A stretch of 64,000 nt of DNA. Origin: an uncultured virus (IMG/VR IMGVR_UViG_3300033112_000355). Lineage: Duplodnaviria; Heunggongvirae; Uroviricota; Caudoviricetes. Both the position numbers and the translations under genes were made by a program. Where the stretch lies: the IMG/VR virus record IMGVR_UViG_3300033112_000355, one strand, 5' to 3'. The stretch's first letter is position 1; every line of letters begins with the position of its first letter. The notes beneath the pieces were generated by a model that was not told the DNA's origin, did not search any database, and saw only the letters and a program-made list of their open reading frames with translations. Shown here piece by piece: positions 10,197 to 18,429 of the stretch.

Positions 10197-10769
10197 TTAG
10201 ACAACTAAATTGGAAACGTTTACAGGAGCAGCACTACCGAACATTGCTGCCGTTTGTCCTATTCTACCGGCAAGGTCTCTTTGAATTGCACGTTTGTTTG
10301 CTTCCTGTGCGGCTTGCTTTGCTGCAGGACTGATTGCAATCTCATTAGCAATTTGAGCATCTCTGATATTTCTAAACCTTGTTTTTTGATCCGCTAAATC
10401 TTCACGGAAAAAGTTCAGGTCTGCACCTGGTCCATATGTGAAGGCTGTGTTGAACTGATTCTGTGCTAGCTGGGCATCAAGGGCTTCCCTTCTAGCTGCA
10501 TTAAGGAAGTTTAACTGCCCTTCAGCCGCTGCAAAGGCTGCATCAGCAGTGTTACGTGCCCCTGCCCCTGCAATCCCTGCATTAAGACCACCTAAGATCC
10601 CTGTCGTTAAATCGCGTCCTGTCAGGTTTCCAAAGAAACCACCTTGGTTTGTGGGGGTTGGCTGGGAGCCAAATCCACCGAAAGTAGAGCTAAATCCACC
10701 ACCGCCTCCAAAACCAAAATTGGTTCTGCTTCCTAAGTCAACTGCCGTTCCAAAATCAAGAAAACTCAT
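10197..10769 (-). CDS. Probable ejection/pilot protein (Gly/Ala/Gln-rich)
   Basis: Composition typical of ejected proteins; part of a tandem cluster. Confidence 0.45.
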   Translation of the reverse strand: MSFLDFGTAVDLGSRTNFGFGGGGGFSSTFGGFGSQPTPTNQGGFFGNLTGRDLTTGILGGLNAGIAGAGARNTADAAFAAAEGQLNFLNAARREALDAQLAQNQFNTAFTYGPGADLNFFREDLADQKTRFRNIRDAQIANEIAISPAAKQAAQEANKRAIQRDLAGRIGQTAAMFGSAAPVNVSNLVV

Positions 10770-10781
10770 CTTTTTAATCCT

Positions 10782-11294
10782 CTACGAGAAATAACCACCT
10801 GCTTTAGGATTTAATGCACCACCTCCAATATTAATTCCGCCCATACTGGCAAGTGCATCGGTTGCAGTCTTAGCAGAACCTAAGGCAACTGTTGCAGGTA
10901 ATACAGCAGCCTGTGTAAGTGTCCTGGGAATTTGATACATCAAATTGTATGGCGCAGCTTGAGCCAGGCGCTCTGCCTCAAACTCATTCTTTAAAGCTAA
11001 AGTTTCACGTAAAAAATTTGGATCAGTTTGCCTTTCTACGTAAGTTTTAAGCCAATCGTCATTATCTGCGTCAGTTGTATCGAGTAGTTGTAATGCTGTT
11101 TTGTCATCTACTCCGTACTGTTCTTTAAGCCTTAGAAACTGTTCTTGTCGATCGCTCAAACCTTTACCCGTGAATGTGGGTCTTGGCTCTAAAGTGCTTG
11201 ATTCAGATGCAGGTTGAAAAGGATTAAAGCCGTCAGCGTAATTGAACCTTGGCAGTTCAACTCCTAACGTAATCCCTCCGGTTCCAAATGACAT
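10782..11294 (-). CDS. Probable internal virion protein
   Basis: 170 aa ORF, GAGGTG SD. Confidence 0.45.
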   Translation of the reverse strand: MSFGTGGITLGVELPRFNYADGFNPFQPASESSTLEPRPTFTGKGLSDRQEQFLRLKEQYGVDDKTALQLLDTTDADNDDWLKTYVERQTDPNFLRETLALKNEFEAERLAQAAPYNLMYQIPRTLTQAAVLPATVALGSAKTATDALASMGGINIGGGALNPKAGGYFS

Positions 11295-11304
11295 TTAAAT
11301 CACC

Positions 11305-11814
11305 TCAAAGGCTAAGGCTTACGCCGCCTAAAGCGGTTTGAGCGTAAGGATTTGCATTACCCATCAAACCTTCTAGCATCCTTGCACCGGTCGTTTGTGC
11401 TCCTCCAGCCAACTGGTAGCCGTACTTTTGGCGAGCAAGGGCACCTTGAATCTGGCCGGCTTGTGCCGTTGCTGCCATACCACGTTCCAGTTCTGCATTC
11501 CGCAGCTGTTGGACAAGGGGTAACAGCTGTCTTGCTTGGTCAACAGTTATACCAGAAGTTTGTCTTAACAGATTAATGGCGTCAGCATCTGAACCCATTC
11601 CAGGGCTGCCGCTAGTCAAAGTCTCGCCCTGTGCCAGCTTCTCTCCTCTTACTGCGTCCACACCTGCTTTTCCAAGTGCGCCAAGGCCTAAGACTCCTAA
11701 CCCAATACCCGCAGGAACTGCTGCAGACTTTAAAGCAGGACCAGCAGCCTTGGCTACACGTCCTCCTTGTGTTGCAATTGTATTTAATAGATTCCCGAAC
11801 ATTTGTCCGCGCAT
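11305..11814 (-). CDS. Probable ejection protein with a Gly-zipper hydrophobic helix
   Basis: AGIGLGVLGLGALG; AGGAG SD. Confidence 0.45.
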   Translation of the reverse strand: MRGQMFGNLLNTIATQGGRVAKAAGPALKSAAVPAGIGLGVLGLGALGKAGVDAVRGEKLAQGETLTSGSPGMGSDADAINLLRQTSGITVDQARQLLPLVQQLRNAELERGMAATAQAGQIQGALARQKYGYQLAGGAQTTGARMLEGLMGNANPYAQTALGGVSLSL

Positions 11815-11856
11815 GCCAGTAAACTCCTAAATATGTTTTTATTTTACAACAACTAA

Positions 11857-12456
11857 TTATGCGTCAAATGTTGTAACTTGATATGAAGGTAAACCACTAA
11901 ACAAAGATCCTGCGGAACTCGATATAGCTGTACCTGCATTTAAAGCAGCGGCAAGATCTTGAGAGTTTGCACCGGCTAAATTACCCTGCATCTGTGCTTG
12001 TAATTGCATTGCCTCAATTTGTTGATCAGGGGTAATCGTTTGCGCTGGAATTGTCTGACTTCTATTTCCAAGAAGTCCTACTGCTCCTTGCGATGCTACT
12101 TGACCTACTATTTGCTGGGTAAGAGGATTACCGGCTAGTGCTCTTAAACCTGTTCGGCCTGCTGCAGGTCCAGCAAGCGCTCCTAAAAGTGCAGACGTTC
12201 CAATATTAGCTGCCCCCGCTCCCACTCCAGCGCCTAAGCCTCCTTGAATAACTCCCCCTATTGTCTCTCCAATTAATTGAGGGCCTGCTTGATTCAGCGC
12301 CTCAGCCACTCCTTCTTTACGTAATCCTCTAGAAGCTGCTGCGGCAACGTTGCGAACAGCTTGAGCGCCTTGCCCTTTGCCGAGAGCACCTCCGAGTTTA
12401 CTTCCGGCCTTTGCAATTAGTGGTGCAAGCCTTCCAGCTAAAGCAAACCCAGCCAT
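11857..12456 (-). CDS. Probable ejection protein (Gly/Ala-rich)
   Basis: GGLGAGVGAGAA glycine zipper. Confidence 0.45.
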   Translation of the reverse strand: MAGFALAGRLAPLIAKAGSKLGGALGKGQGAQAVRNVAAAASRGLRKEGVAEALNQAGPQLIGETIGGVIQGGLGAGVGAGAANIGTSALLGALAGPAAGRTGLRALAGNPLTQQIVGQVASQGAVGLLGNRSQTIPAQTITPDQQIEAMQLQAQMQGNLAGANSQDLAAALNAGTAISSSAGSLFSGLPSYQVTTFDA

Positions 12457-12499
12457 GTTATTTACCCTTAATATTTTACAATTCTACTTTAAAAAATTT

Positions 12500-13099
12500 T
12501 TATTCCTCTTGGCTTTCTTTCTCACTTCTTTCTTCTTCTTTACCACCTTCACCTGCTAGTAATTGTGCAACAGACCTATCGTCTGAGTTAGCACTTTCAA
12601 CACTAGCCATTGCCATTCCCTCAATAAATCCATTTGGATCTGGGTTAGCGTAACTTGGATTAGGATTCTTTGGTTTATCTCCAGGGTTCATCGTAGGGCT
12701 CATCCTAAAGGCCTCCATCCATGTAGGGTTAAAATCAGGCTGGTCCTCTGGTCGTTGAGCTGTTAATGGTCTACCTGCTGTGAAATCATACTGCTCTTGA
12801 CGATTAAATCTACCAATACCTTGAAATAATTCATGACCCTCAGATAACTTTGAGCCGTCTGCAAAATAAGGTGAATTACCTACGTTTTTTAAGTCAGGGT
12901 TTAAAGTAACTTTTCGCGTCTTCATTCGGCGCAATAAGTCTTCAGCTCCGAACCTTGAAGGATTCCAGGGGTATTGCCCTCCTTCTGGTTTCGAACTAAA
13001 GAGATCATTAAAGTTTAATTTCTTTAACTGCTTACCCCTTTGATCAAAGGGATTACTTACATAACGTCCTAGATCTAAGCGATGATCTCTTGCCATCAA
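12500..13099 (-). CDS. Hypothetical late protein
   Basis: 199 aa ORF coupled to its neighbours. Confidence 0.5.
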   Translation of the reverse strand: MMARDHRLDLGRYVSNPFDQRGKQLKKLNFNDLFSSKPEGGQYPWNPSRFGAEDLLRRMKTRKVTLNPDLKNVGNSPYFADGSKLSEGHELFQGIGRFNRQEQYDFTAGRPLTAQRPEDQPDFNPTWMEAFRMSPTMNPGDKPKNPNPSYANPDPNGFIEGMAMASVESANSDDRSVAQLLAGEGGKEEERSEKESQEE

Positions 13100-13338
13100 C
13101 CTTTACCTTTCTTACGTTTATTTAATCTAACAAGGGTTTCCCGAAGTTGCGCTTGCTTCCTTGTTTTTTCATCATATTTATCAGGATTTTTTTCTACATT
13201 TGTCTGGAGCTGAGCCGTGGTAATACCCTTCTTCTTTGCTTTACCAGTAAAACTTCCAGGGTTGTTAATTGCTTTTTTGATCCAGTCTTTTCTCCTTTCT
13301 TCCTTTTTAGTGTTCTTATTCGATTTTGTATTAGCCAT
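13096..13338 (-). CDS. Small basic protein
   Basis: WIKKAINNPGSFT motif, Lys-rich. Confidence 0.5.
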   Translation of the reverse strand: MANTKSNKNTKKEERRKDWIKKAINNPGSFTGKAKKKGITTAQLQTNVEKNPDKYDEKTRKQAQLRETLVRLNKRKKGKG

Positions 13339-14833
13339 CGATCATTTGCCCCTTAATTGACTGCAGGAAATCTTGAGCTTCTTGACGTGCAGTAGGCCGA
13401 CCACTTGTTTGAATCCGACGAAGCTTTTCACTAGCCTCAAAAGGTGACATGCGCGTCTGTGCTGCGGGTACAGTCTCTTCAATGATAGTAGTTTTCTTTA
13501 CAGTGGGTTCTGCTGAAAGTGTCATTGAAGGTGCGACAAGAGCAGAGCTTTCCTTAGAACCGGTTGAAGTCTCTGCTCTGAATTCAGGTTTCACATAATT
13601 ACCAACCATCTCAGGTGTTGGTGCAAATGCTGGTGTCTCTTTTTGGGAAAGCTGCTCCATTGTTTTACTAAGAGTATTTTGAAGCACTTCAGCTGCAGTC
13701 CTATTTGATTTAAAACCAGGTCCTTGCTCATCCACTGAGTTAATTGCATCCATCTGTTGATCTTGCACGAAAGGTTCTCTATTTTCCTGCTGATTGTATA
13801 ATGTTTCACCACGTAATTGACCTTGGAGTAGACCACCGGAATTACGGGGAGTATCTACTTCTGGGTCTACGACCATCACAGTTTCTGGATCAATAGAACC
13901 TTTGCCTGCTAAATATTTAGTTGCAAAGTTAAGTTGACGTTCACCAGTGCTGGGATCAGCCGGTAAATTTGCATAGAAGTTAGCCAGACTCTCTTCATCT
14001 TCTTCTTTGCGTGCTGCTCGTGCCATCGGCACACCGCCTTTTACTCCAAAGGTTTCATTGAAACCCATTGGCTCCCTTGACAACAAAGGATTCGAACTGG
14101 GTGCCGCAGCTGTGTAAGGAGTTGACCTACGCTCTTCGTCAGTGAACGTAACATCAATTGTTTGACTTGGAGCTTGACTCTGCAGCTGACGCATCGTCAT
14201 TGCTTCCATTCCGGCTGCCACGCCCTTTTCGTAATCACTAGGCTCTTCTTTTTTCTTTGGATAAGCAGCCGCTTCTTTCTCCAGTCCGCGCAGTCGATTC
14301 ATCTGTTCTTGATCAACCATTGCGCTTAGATCTGTTACAACCAAGCCGGGCATCCGTTCGGCTCGCGCTGCTTTGACCAAGGCTTCTCCTTGACGGGTGC
14401 GTTCAGTCATTGTGGGCTCACCGCCCTTCAATAAACCGTAAGGAGCATAGCCTTCGGTCTGACTTGGTGCAGTTTCTGCCGCGCCAGGTCTTGGCGGTGG
14501 GCTGGCTGGAGTTCTTTCATTAAAGTTTTGAGCCTCTCCTTGAACTGCACCCTTGGGTTCATTGTCAAGAAGACCATAACCCCTTGCCATTTGAAGGGCA
14601 TAGTTAGCACTTGTGCCAAGGTTTAGCGCAGTTCTTGTAAAGTCTCTGAAGCGATCACCTAAATCTTTTTCTTCTTCTGTCTTTCTTTTCTCTGGTTCAA
14701 AAGCATCAAGCAACATATTGCCTACACTATTAGCTGCTTGACCAATAAGTATGTTTCTTACCATGCCTCGTCCACCTTCTTGATCGCGCATTGCGAACAT
14801 GGTGCCTTCCATACTTGGCTGTTGATACCGCAT
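13331..14833 (-). CDS. Large low-complexity protein, probably virion-internal
   Basis: 500 aa ORF, first gene of the leftward late unit. Confidence 0.5.
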   Translation of the reverse strand: MRYQQPSMEGTMFAMRDQEGGRGMVRNILIGQAANSVGNMLLDAFEPEKRKTEEEKDLGDRFRDFTRTALNLGTSANYALQMARGYGLLDNEPKGAVQGEAQNFNERTPASPPPRPGAAETAPSQTEGYAPYGLLKGGEPTMTERTRQGEALVKAARAERMPGLVVTDLSAMVDQEQMNRLRGLEKEAAAYPKKKEEPSDYEKGVAAGMEAMTMRQLQSQAPSQTIDVTFTDEERRSTPYTAAAPSSNPLLSREPMGFNETFGVKGGVPMARAARKEEDEESLANFYANLPADPSTGERQLNFATKYLAGKGSIDPETVMVVDPEVDTPRNSGGLLQGQLRGETLYNQQENREPFVQDQQMDAINSVDEQGPGFKSNRTAAEVLQNTLSKTMEQLSQKETPAFAPTPEMVGNYVKPEFRAETSTGSKESSALVAPSMTLSAEPTVKKTTIIEETVPAAQTRMSPFEASEKLRRIQTSGRPTARQEAQDFLQSIKGQMIDG

Positions 14834-14888
14834 TTCTAATTCTCTAATATATTCAATATTTTACCGCTGCTAAACTTGTTATATTGCT

Positions 14889-15131
14889 TTGATACTATTT
14901 ATGGACGAGTTTAAACTTACTCAACGAGTTCAAGGGCTTGAAGATATAAAAGCACGGGCTCTTGAGATGGCCGAGGCAGGTGCTGATGACCTTATGGTGC
15001 GTGATTTCATTGACGATGGAAAAAAAGCATTGGCTTATGCAGTGCCAGATGAGGAAGCAATGCTTAAAGCAGCCGATGCAGCAAAAAGATTCCGCACCAT
15101 GACGTTCAACGATAGGCCTGAGGAGCGGTAA
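14889..15131 (+). CDS. Hypothetical protein
   Basis: 80 aa helical ORF (probable start MDEFK). Confidence 0.5.
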   Translation: MILFMDEFKLTQRVQGLEDIKARALEMAEAGADDLMVRDFIDDGKKALAYAVPDEEAMLKAADAAKRFRTMTFNDRPEER

Positions 15132-15377
15132 TCGAATTCGCCATAGCGTTCAGAGGGCTGGTCCGGGTGTGACTGGCCTTTTTTTTGTAAATTTTTATTT
15201 TTAAAACCGGGAAGTGGCCCGTATGGGGGCGATTTTTTGAAAATTATAATTTTTTTGAGAATCGAAATGTTAAGAAAAGGTAAAAAAGGCCCTATATAGG
15301 CCGATTTGGGAAAATATTCTGCTGATCCTTCTAGCAAGGGCTACATCTTTGCACAACCGAGAGGAAAAAAAAATAAT

Positions 15378-15568
15378 TGTGGATAAGTCTGTGGAGAACG
15401 GGGCGGGGCCTGGGGAAAACGGAGGGTGTCCTGTGGAGAACCAGGGTTGAGACGGGTGAGACCTGGGGAAAACCGGGGGAATGTGTGGGAATCCTGACAA
15501 TCACAGGGGAATTGTTAAGATTTCTTGCAGATATTCCTGTGGAAAACTACCGTTCTGGCTGTGGAAAA
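15378..15568 (-). repeat. Array of about 8 co-oriented DnaA-box-like 9-mers
   Basis: TGTGGATAA 15378 (perfect TTATCCACA on minus), TGTGGAGAA 15390/15432, TGGGGAAAA 15411/15464, TGTGGGAAT 15484, TGTGGAAAA 15538/15560. Confidence 0.65.
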
Positions 15569-15678
15569 CGCTGAGATCCATTGCGGCGCAAGGGATGTCG
15601 AAATTTAGGGGTAAGGGGCGGGCACTTACATCGGTGTGGTATGTATGCGCGTGCGTTCCTATGTCTCCCGTGGGGTGG

Positions 15679-15708
15679 TTGACGGTGGGGCTGTGGTGTG
15701 GTTAATAT
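15679..15708 (+). promoter_or_regulatory. sigma70-type early promoter P1
   Basis: TTGACG-18 bp-TAATAT. Confidence 0.55.
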
Positions 15709-15744
15709 GGATTCAACGGGGAGGCCACAGCCGCTCCGCCCAAC

Positions 15745-15773
15745 TAGACAAGGGCCACCAACCCTGCTACAGT
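15745..15773 (+). promoter_or_regulatory. sigma70-type early promoter P2 (extended -10)
   Basis: TAGACA-17 bp-TACAGT with TG at -15/-14. Confidence 0.6.
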
Positions 15774-15904
15774 TGAACCAAGCGAGACGGATCACCACTC
15801 CGNNNNNNNNNNNNNNNNNNNNNNNNNNNNNNNNNNNNNNNNNNNNNNNNNNNNNNNNNNNNNNNNNNNNNNNNNNNNNNNNNNNNNNNNNNNNNNNNNN
15901 NNTC

Positions 15905-15913
15905 TGCTACAGT
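15905..15913 (+). promoter_or_regulatory. Early promoter P3, extended -10 (-35 lost in gap)
   Basis: TGCTACAGT identical to the P2 -10 region. Confidence 0.5.
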
Positions 15914-15947
15914 CTTCACGGGAGGTCACCACCCTTCCACAGACACA

Positions 15948-15980
15948 GTGAGGTTCGCCTCGCACCTAGACAATTGCATA
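15948..15980 (+). promoter_or_regulatory. rrn-like antitermination signal (hairpin plus boxA-like sequence)
   Basis: GTGAGG-TTCG-CCTCGC hairpin followed by GCACCTAGACAATTGCATA, close to the cyanobacterial rrn boxA context GAACCTTGA(A/C)AACTGCATA. Confidence 0.55.
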
Positions 15981-15981
15981 A

Positions 15982-16161
15982 GAGTCCCGGCACCGACTGG
16001 CGGCAGGTAGGCAAAGCAGAGCCATCCACAGCACGGCCCGGAAGCGTGTGACAACGATCAGGGTGTCACAGCCAGGGGGAGACATCCTCTGTAGCCGAAA
16101 CGTAGTCTCTGACTGAGATGATGGTAGGTAAAGTGTGCGGAGTGGCAGCCGCAGCGGGCTC
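15982..16161 (+). ncRNA. Unclassified multi-stem structured leader RNA
   Basis: Closing stem GAG(T)CCCG/CGGGCTC; hairpins TGTGACA/TGTCACA, CAGGGGGA-GACA-TCCTCTG, TGCGG/CCGCA; loop-E-like CCGAAAC...GGTAGG. Confidence 0.5.
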
Positions 16162-16172
16162 ATAGATTCACC

Positions 16173-16222
16173 GATCCCGGTCCCAAGGGGGGACTGTGCA
16201 GGTTCGAGTCCTGCCGGGATCC
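16173..16222 (+). ncRNA. Minimal tRNA-like element (acceptor stem, one hairpin, T-arm)
   Basis: GATCCCG/CGGGATC stem, GTCCC/GGGAC hairpin, GCAGG-TTCGAGT-CCTGC T-arm; no D-arm, no CCA. Confidence 0.65.
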
Positions 16223-16259
16223 TTGGCAGCAGTAATGTTGCCATTGTTCTATCACCACT

Positions 16260-16919
16260 ATGAACATGTCAGAATTCGTTTCTGTTGATCCCAAGTTCTG
16301 GTATTGTCCTTCACTGTCAAGTGATGCACACATCTCAAAGACTTTAGGTGAACCAATCTCTCTCCCTGAGAGTATTGATTGCCACCACTGGGTAAGTGAT
16401 TGTGAAGATGAGTTATTAGCTCACTTCGCAGAACTTACCGGGGAATTGTATTCTTTCCACACTCGTGATAATACTTACAATTCAGAGAATGATTTTGACT
16501 CTGAATTTGTATTCACAATTGCTGCACCATGTGCGTCAGGTGATTACATTTATTGTCACGATGTTTTCGTCATTGTTGAGAAACATCTTGGCGGAGATGT
16601 TAGAGGAAACTATGGTCCTTTTGCGGTTTACCGTGTGGACAATTTAGGTGACACTGGTTTCTTTGATTGGACTTTGGGATGGTATGTTTCTCCTGTTAAT
16701 CAGGAGAGGGCACTTGATCAGATCGATACTAAAGAAATCGATTACCTAAATCAGCAGTTTTCTGCTGGGTATTCTTCTTTACCTACTTCACAAGTAAGGG
16801 ATCAATTATTAAACGGCGTTGAGCCTACTTGGAGTAAGCGCTTAAACTGTTTCGTTGCTCGCTTTGAGAATCTAGAGTTCGTCTGCCGTCTTGATGTTTG
16901 TGAACCTTACTATTGTTGA
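16260..16919 (+). CDS. Acidic early hypothetical protein
   Basis: 219 aa; HLGGDVRGNY motif; first gene after the leader. Confidence 0.6.
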   Translation: MNMSEFVSVDPKFWYCPSLSSDAHISKTLGEPISLPESIDCHHWVSDCEDELLAHFAELTGELYSFHTRDNTYNSENDFDSEFVFTIAAPCASGDYIYCHDVFVIVEKHLGGDVRGNYGPFAVYRVDNLGDTGFFDWTLGWYVSPVNQERALDQIDTKEIDYLNQQFSAGYSSLPTSQVRDQLLNGVEPTWSKRLNCFVARFENLEFVCRLDVCEPYYC

Positions 16920-16920
16920 T

Positions 16921-16985
16921 GTCGAAACTATCTCCTTCGGGAGATAGTCTCCGGGATTGGCATTCCCGGACTGATGAGACTGCCA
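16921..16985 (+). ncRNA. Type II hammerhead ribozyme (predicted cleavage after C16949)
   Basis: GTC-GAAA-CTATCTCC-TTCG-GGAGATAG-TC|TCCGGGA-TTGGCAT-TCCCGGA-CTGATGA-GAC; loop TGGCA can pair with 3' TGCCA. Confidence 0.93.
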
Positions 16986-17085
16986 NNNNNNNNNNNNNNN
17001 NNNNNNNNNNNNNNNNNNNNNNNNNNNNNNNNNNNNNNNNNNNNNNNNNNNNNNNNNNNNNNNNNNNNNNNNNNNNNNNNNNNNN

Positions 17086-17126
17086 TAGTCTCCGGGATTG
17101 GCATTCCCGGACTGATGAGACTGCCA
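17086..17126 (+). ncRNA. 3' part of an identical hammerhead after the gap (second copy or assembly overlap)
   Basis: 41 nt identical to 16945-16985. Confidence 0.6.
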
Positions 17127-17147
17127 CTGTTGTCTATCACCACTAAG

Positions 17148-17849
17148 ATGACTAAGTTCAAAGGCTATGTTTTACAGAGGATTTCTAGTCCTATTGATGG
17201 CAAACCCTTGGTCATAATCATGACCATGAAGAGTGCTAATCGCAAGACGAATAACATGTGCCAGATCTGGATCCTGCGAGAGGATGTTAATCCTGTCGAA
17301 GCCGTTGAATCTGGCGCTGACTTATCTATGTGCGGCTGGTGTTCACATAGGAAGAAAGATGATAGTTCACGTAGTTGCTATGTGAATCCAGGTCAAGCAC
17401 CTTTAGCCGTGTGGGAATCTTATCACCGTGGAATCTACGGTGAGTTAGATGACTTAACTCCTGACTTATTACAAGATCGTGAGGTTAGGTTTGGTGCTTT
17501 CGGTGATCCAGCAATGATGAGCCCTGTTATTGCACGGTGGATTGTTGACAACTGCAAGGCGCACACTGGTTACACTCATCAGTGGAAACGTGAATTTGCA
17601 GACTGGACTAAGGGATTGTTCATGGCTTCATGTGATCATTTCCAAGACTATTTGGACGCCAGTTCATTAGGTTGGAAATGTTTCAGTGTTATTCCTAAGG
17701 GTACAACTGCGAATCACATTGGCAAGTTGTGTCCTACAGAGGCAACAAACAGCCAGGCTACTTGCAAGACCTGTAAGTTATGCGATGGTGCCAAGACTGA
17801 TGTTTTCATTCCTGCTCATGGCAGGGGTGCAAAATACGTTAAGTTCTAA
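17148..17849 (+). CDS. Cys-rich phage protein, gp88/radical-SAM-like fold candidate
   Basis: SANRKT, CGWC, SCYV, VRFGAFGDP, TGYTHQW, CP...CxxCxxC...AHG motifs; ATG at 17148. Confidence 0.6.
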   Translation: MTKFKGYVLQRISSPIDGKPLVIIMTMKSANRKTNNMCQIWILREDVNPVEAVESGADLSMCGWCSHRKKDDSSRSCYVNPGQAPLAVWESYHRGIYGELDDLTPDLLQDREVRFGAFGDPAMMSPVIARWIVDNCKAHTGYTHQWKREFADWTKGLFMASCDHFQDYLDASSLGWKCFSVIPKGTTANHIGKLCPTEATNSQATCKTCKLCDGAKTDVFIPAHGRGAKYVKF

Positions 17850-17915
17850 GGCGAAACTATCTCCTTAGGGGGATAGTCCAGGGGATTGACATTCCCCTGC
17901 TGATGAGCCTGTCAA
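17849..17915 (+). ncRNA. Type II hammerhead ribozyme (predicted cleavage after C17878)
   Basis: AGGC-GAAA-CTATCTCC-TTAG-GGGGATAG-TC|CAGGGGA-TTGACAT-TCCCCTG-CTGATGA-GCCT; loop TTGACA can pair with 3' TGTCAA. Confidence 0.93.
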
Positions 17916-17952
17916 TTATCATCAGAAGTCACAAACATTATTCTTTCAAACC

Positions 17953-18324
17953 ATGCAAAACTACAGCATTCTTCGTGCTCTTAATGTTCTGAGCACAATG
18001 ATCCAAACCTCTTACAAACTCGGCTATGAGTTTGGTAAGTTCTACAGACAGCATCTACATCATCACGTTGTTTCTGCTGTGGCATTATTAATCACAGTCT
18101 GTGTTCACTTATGGGTGAACCGTCATCGATACATAAAGACCGTCGAGTCTTTGTTTGTATATCGATATGAACCTATGGTGAAGCTTGCACCTATCGTGCA
18201 TCCTCTCTATGCTTCCATGGAATCGCTCATGGATAAGACATCAAAGCAGCTCCGTTCCATCACTGGAATCAAGCGTAAGGTGTCTAAGGTGAGGATGGCT
18301 GGTCAGTATCTTTCAATGGTCTGA
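17953..18324 (+). CDS. Early membrane protein with a basic C-terminal helix pair
   Basis: One TM helix (VVSAVALLITVCVHLWV); C-terminal TSKQLRSITGIKRKVSK. Confidence 0.55.
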   Translation: MQNYSILRALNVLSTMIQTSYKLGYEFGKFYRQHLHHHVVSAVALLITVCVHLWVNRHRYIKTVESLFVYRYEPMVKLAPIVHPLYASMESLMDKTSKQLRSITGIKRKVSKVRMAGQYLSMV

Positions 18325-18334
18325 TCACCGGTAA

Positions 18335-18429
18335 CTGGGCCGCATCAGGGCTCGTCTGTGTGGTGCTTTCGTCCCCTGATTCTCTACGGCGTAAGACCCA
18401 GGTTCGGGAGATAGTTGCCCCTATCTCCC
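18335..18429 (+). ncRNA. Unclassified structured RNA after a stop codon
   Basis: Nested stems CTGGG/CCCAG, CCG/CGG, ATCAGGG/CCCTGAT, then 9-bp hairpin GGGAGATAG/CTATCTCCC. Confidence 0.45.

Noticed and set aside
16093..16130. GCCGAAAC-GTA-GTC...TGATGGTAGG as a third hammerhead
   Set aside because: No CUGANGA core and stem III would be only 2 bp; better explained as a loop-E-like motif in the leader RNA
16173..16222. Functional tRNA gene or tmRNA piece
   Set aside because: No D-arm, no 7-nt anticodon loop, no CCA, no G3-U70 pair and no tag ORF identified
15035..16244. Short ORFs called in the 15.0-16.2 kb region
   Set aside because: Low-complexity translations over repeats, promoters and structured RNA; most likely non-coding
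16974..17147. N-terminal extension of the 291-aa ORF
   Set aside because: It runs through the ribozyme and the N gap; the real start is most likely the ATG at 17148
18335..18401. HDV-like, twister or pistol ribozyme
   Set aside because: Partial resemblances only; P2 of an HDV fold cannot be placed, and twister/pistol conserved nucleotides are missing
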